Of a DNA stretch of 64,000 bases, positions 61,660 through 64,000 are shown one piece after another. Origin of the DNA: Felis catus (lineage: Eukaryota). Each line of letters starts with the position of its first letter. Positions within the stretch are counted from its first letter, which is position 1. The stretch covers positions 125,738,001 through 125,802,000 of the forward strand of contig NC_058368.1 in the NCBI RefSeq assembly GCF_018350175.1, read 5' to 3'. The translations under genes were made by a program, and so were the position numbers. Below the pieces are notes generated by a model that saw only the letters and a program-made list of their open reading frames with translations, had not been told where the DNA came from and searched no databases.

Positions 61660-63100
61660 GTGAGATAACAGAAAATATATGTATTGGTCTCTGCTCTCCA
61701 GTTCCTGACATAAATCTTCTAAAGCTCTCATAAATTCCTAAGAATAAGGAGCATTTTTTTTATTAACATTTTTATTTTTTTTTATATGAAATTTATTGAC
61801 AAATTAGTTTCCATACAACACCCAGTGCTCATCCCAAAAGGTGCCCTCCTCAATACCCATCACCCACCCTCTCCTCCCTCCCACCCCCCATCAACCCTCA
61901 GTTTGTTCTCAGTTTTTAAGAGTCTCTTATGCTTTGGCTCTCTCCCACTCTAACCTGTTTTTTTTTTTTTTTCCTTCCCCTCCCCCATGGGTTCCTGTTA
62001 ATTTCTCAGGGTCCACATAAGAGTGAAACCATATGGTATCTGTCTTTCTCTGTATGGCTTATTTCACTTAGCATAACACTCTCCAGTTCCATCCACGTTG
62101 CTACAAAAGGCCATATTTCATTTTTTCTCATTGCCACGTAATATTCCATTGTGTATATAAACCACAATTTCTTTATCCATTCATCAGTTGATGGACATTT
62201 AGGCTCTTTCCATAATTTGGCTATTGTTGAGAGTGCTGCTATGAACATTGGGGTACAAGTGGCCCTATAAGGAGCATTTCTTGTTTTAACATGTGATCTT
62301 TGACCTTGTCCCTAACAGAGAGCTCCTAAAACCCTTGTAAATTCCTAAATGATAAGAGCACTAGGATTATCTTTTGTTCTAACCAGGTGATGCTGGATGG
62401 GCTGTTGGATGCAGACTTGTCATCAGAAAGACCAAGCCATGATTAGAAGCTTGCAATTTTCAACTCTTCCCCTCACTCCCAGCTTCTGCACAGAGTGGAG
62501 AAGAGTTGGAAATGAAGTTAAGGAAGCCTCCATAAAATCCCAATAGTATGGGGTTCAGGAAGATTGTGAGTTAGTGAACATTTCCATATACTGGCAGACT
62601 GACATGCCCCTTCTCCACTGGAACAGAAGCTCCCATACTCGAAACCCTCCCAGACCTTATGCTATGTATCTCTTCATCTCACTCTTTATCTGTTTCCTTT
62701 ATCATATCCGTTAATAAACTGGTAAACATAAGTAGGAGTTTCTTCAAGTTCTGGGAGCCACTCCAGGAAATTAACCAAATCTGAGGAGGAGGTCATGGTA
62801 GCCTCTATTTGATAGCCTAATTGGACAGAAGTTGTGGGCAACCTGGGACCTATTAAGTGTGATTGGCATCTGAAGTGGGGAGCTGTGTTCTGGGACTGAG
62901 CTCTTAATCTGTGGGATGAAATGCTATTTCTAGGTAGATAGTGTCAGAATTGAATTAAATTGTATGATACCCAGCTGATGTCACAGAATTGCTTGGTGTG
63001 GAGAAAATGCACACATCTGGTGTCAGAAGTGTTGGGAGTGTGGTAGTAGTGTAAGAGCAAAGGGTTTACAAAAGGAAAAAAAGTAGGATTCTCTACTCAC
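61660..63100. mobile_element. MER21-like LTR, interrupted by an L1
   Basis: ccagttcctgaca, agagctcctaaaacccttg, aagaccaagccatgattagaag, agtgtcagaattgaattaaattgt. Confidence 0.7.
61757..62266 (-). mobile_element. Young 5'-truncated felid L1 (about 0.5 kb)
   Basis: ORF2 C-terminus (track ORF 62006-62248) and 3' UTR; TSD ataaggagcattt at 61744-61756 and 62267-62279. Confidence 0.97.
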
Positions 63101-63402
63101 CTATCAAATTATTAAACATGCAATAGCATGTTATCACAAATAGTAGGAAGCTAGCAAGTATCTATTAAACATATTTGAAATCAACTGCTCTGGAGCATAT
63201 TAAAGAATCAGACTACATTAAAAATATTTAAAGTCTATTTTAGTATTGAAGAATAGTATAAAGCTCAGTAAACATGTTTAAACTAACTTGTTGGGGATAA
63301 CTTTTCCTATATGTGTTCAAAAGTGAATCCACTTTTACTCTTGTTATTCAAACACAGGTGAGACATGGTCTTTTAGTGACAAATCTGGATCTAAGAAACT
63401 CA

Positions 63403-63504
63403 TTTGCAACATATATAAATTTTGCACTATATACAAAAATTGAATCATTCTGTTGTACATTTGAAACTAATATAATGTTATGTTAGTTACACCTCTGTCA
63501 AAAA
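63403..63504 (+). mobile_element. Very short L1 3'-end insertion
   Basis: gaatcattctgttgtacatttgaaactaatataatgttatg plus A tail; TSD aagaaactca at 63393-63402 and 63505-63514. Confidence 0.8.
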
Positions 63505-64000
63505 AAGAAACTCAAATAGAAAAAATGAATTAAATATTTTATATATTTAATAAACAACTACATATCTCTGTTTTGCCTGGTATTTTCCTGATTTCTTTTC
63601 AGGATAAAAACAACAAAAGAGTAGGAATGAAAACAACTACTTACTCAGAAATTTGTTACTGAACACACATTTTCTATTAGGCCTCTTCTAGGCTTTGTAA
63701 AGATCTTTATAAAGATTCTGTTTTGTCCTTAAGCCATTTGTGCTGTAAAATAATTCATCAAAATCATGATTGATTTATTCATTCATAGGACAAGTCTTCA
63801 TTAAACACTACTAAGTGTAAGGCTTACAGCTAAGGGGGTACTGATGAACCAAACAGGAATTGTTTTTGACTTCATGGAGTGCAGTCCAATGGAGTTCACA
63901 GACATTCATCACAGTGTCAAGGTAGCACATGTGGACTCATCACACAGAATCTAAAAGTTCAATGAAGAGAAGCATATGGTCCTTTTAAAGTACAAAAACT

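Noticed and set aside
61757..61785. Possible 3' transduction in the minus-strand L1 tail (tgttaat interruption)
   Set aside because: Too short and A/T-rich to distinguish from tail degeneration.

Overview
AT-rich mammalian intergenic or intronic DNA, almost certainly felid. The evidence for this is many tRNA-derived CAN-SINEs of the cat SINEC_Fc type and cat-type L1 3' UTRs. I find no intact host protein-coding gene. The only real coding remnants are LINE-1 ORF2 fragments (23.8-26.7 kb, 30.3-30.8 kb, 62.0-62.25 kb); the other track ORFs are chance ORFs or translations of SINEs and microsatellites. The window holds about 22 SINEs, young and ancient L1s, MaLR/ERV LTRs, L2/MIR/L3 relics and a few DNA-transposon fossils. 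The most notable observations are retrotransposition micro-structures read directly from the sequence: a 25-nt tailless U6 retrocopy with a 16-bp TSD, an L1 with a mini 3' transduction, a fold-back insertion inside L1 ORF2, a TSD-like duplication enclosing only GGG, and a four-level nest of elements. There is also weak evidence for + strand non-coding exons. I do not see a convincing novel gene system. Repeat family names come from recalled consensus sequences and need RepeatMasker/Dfam confirmation.
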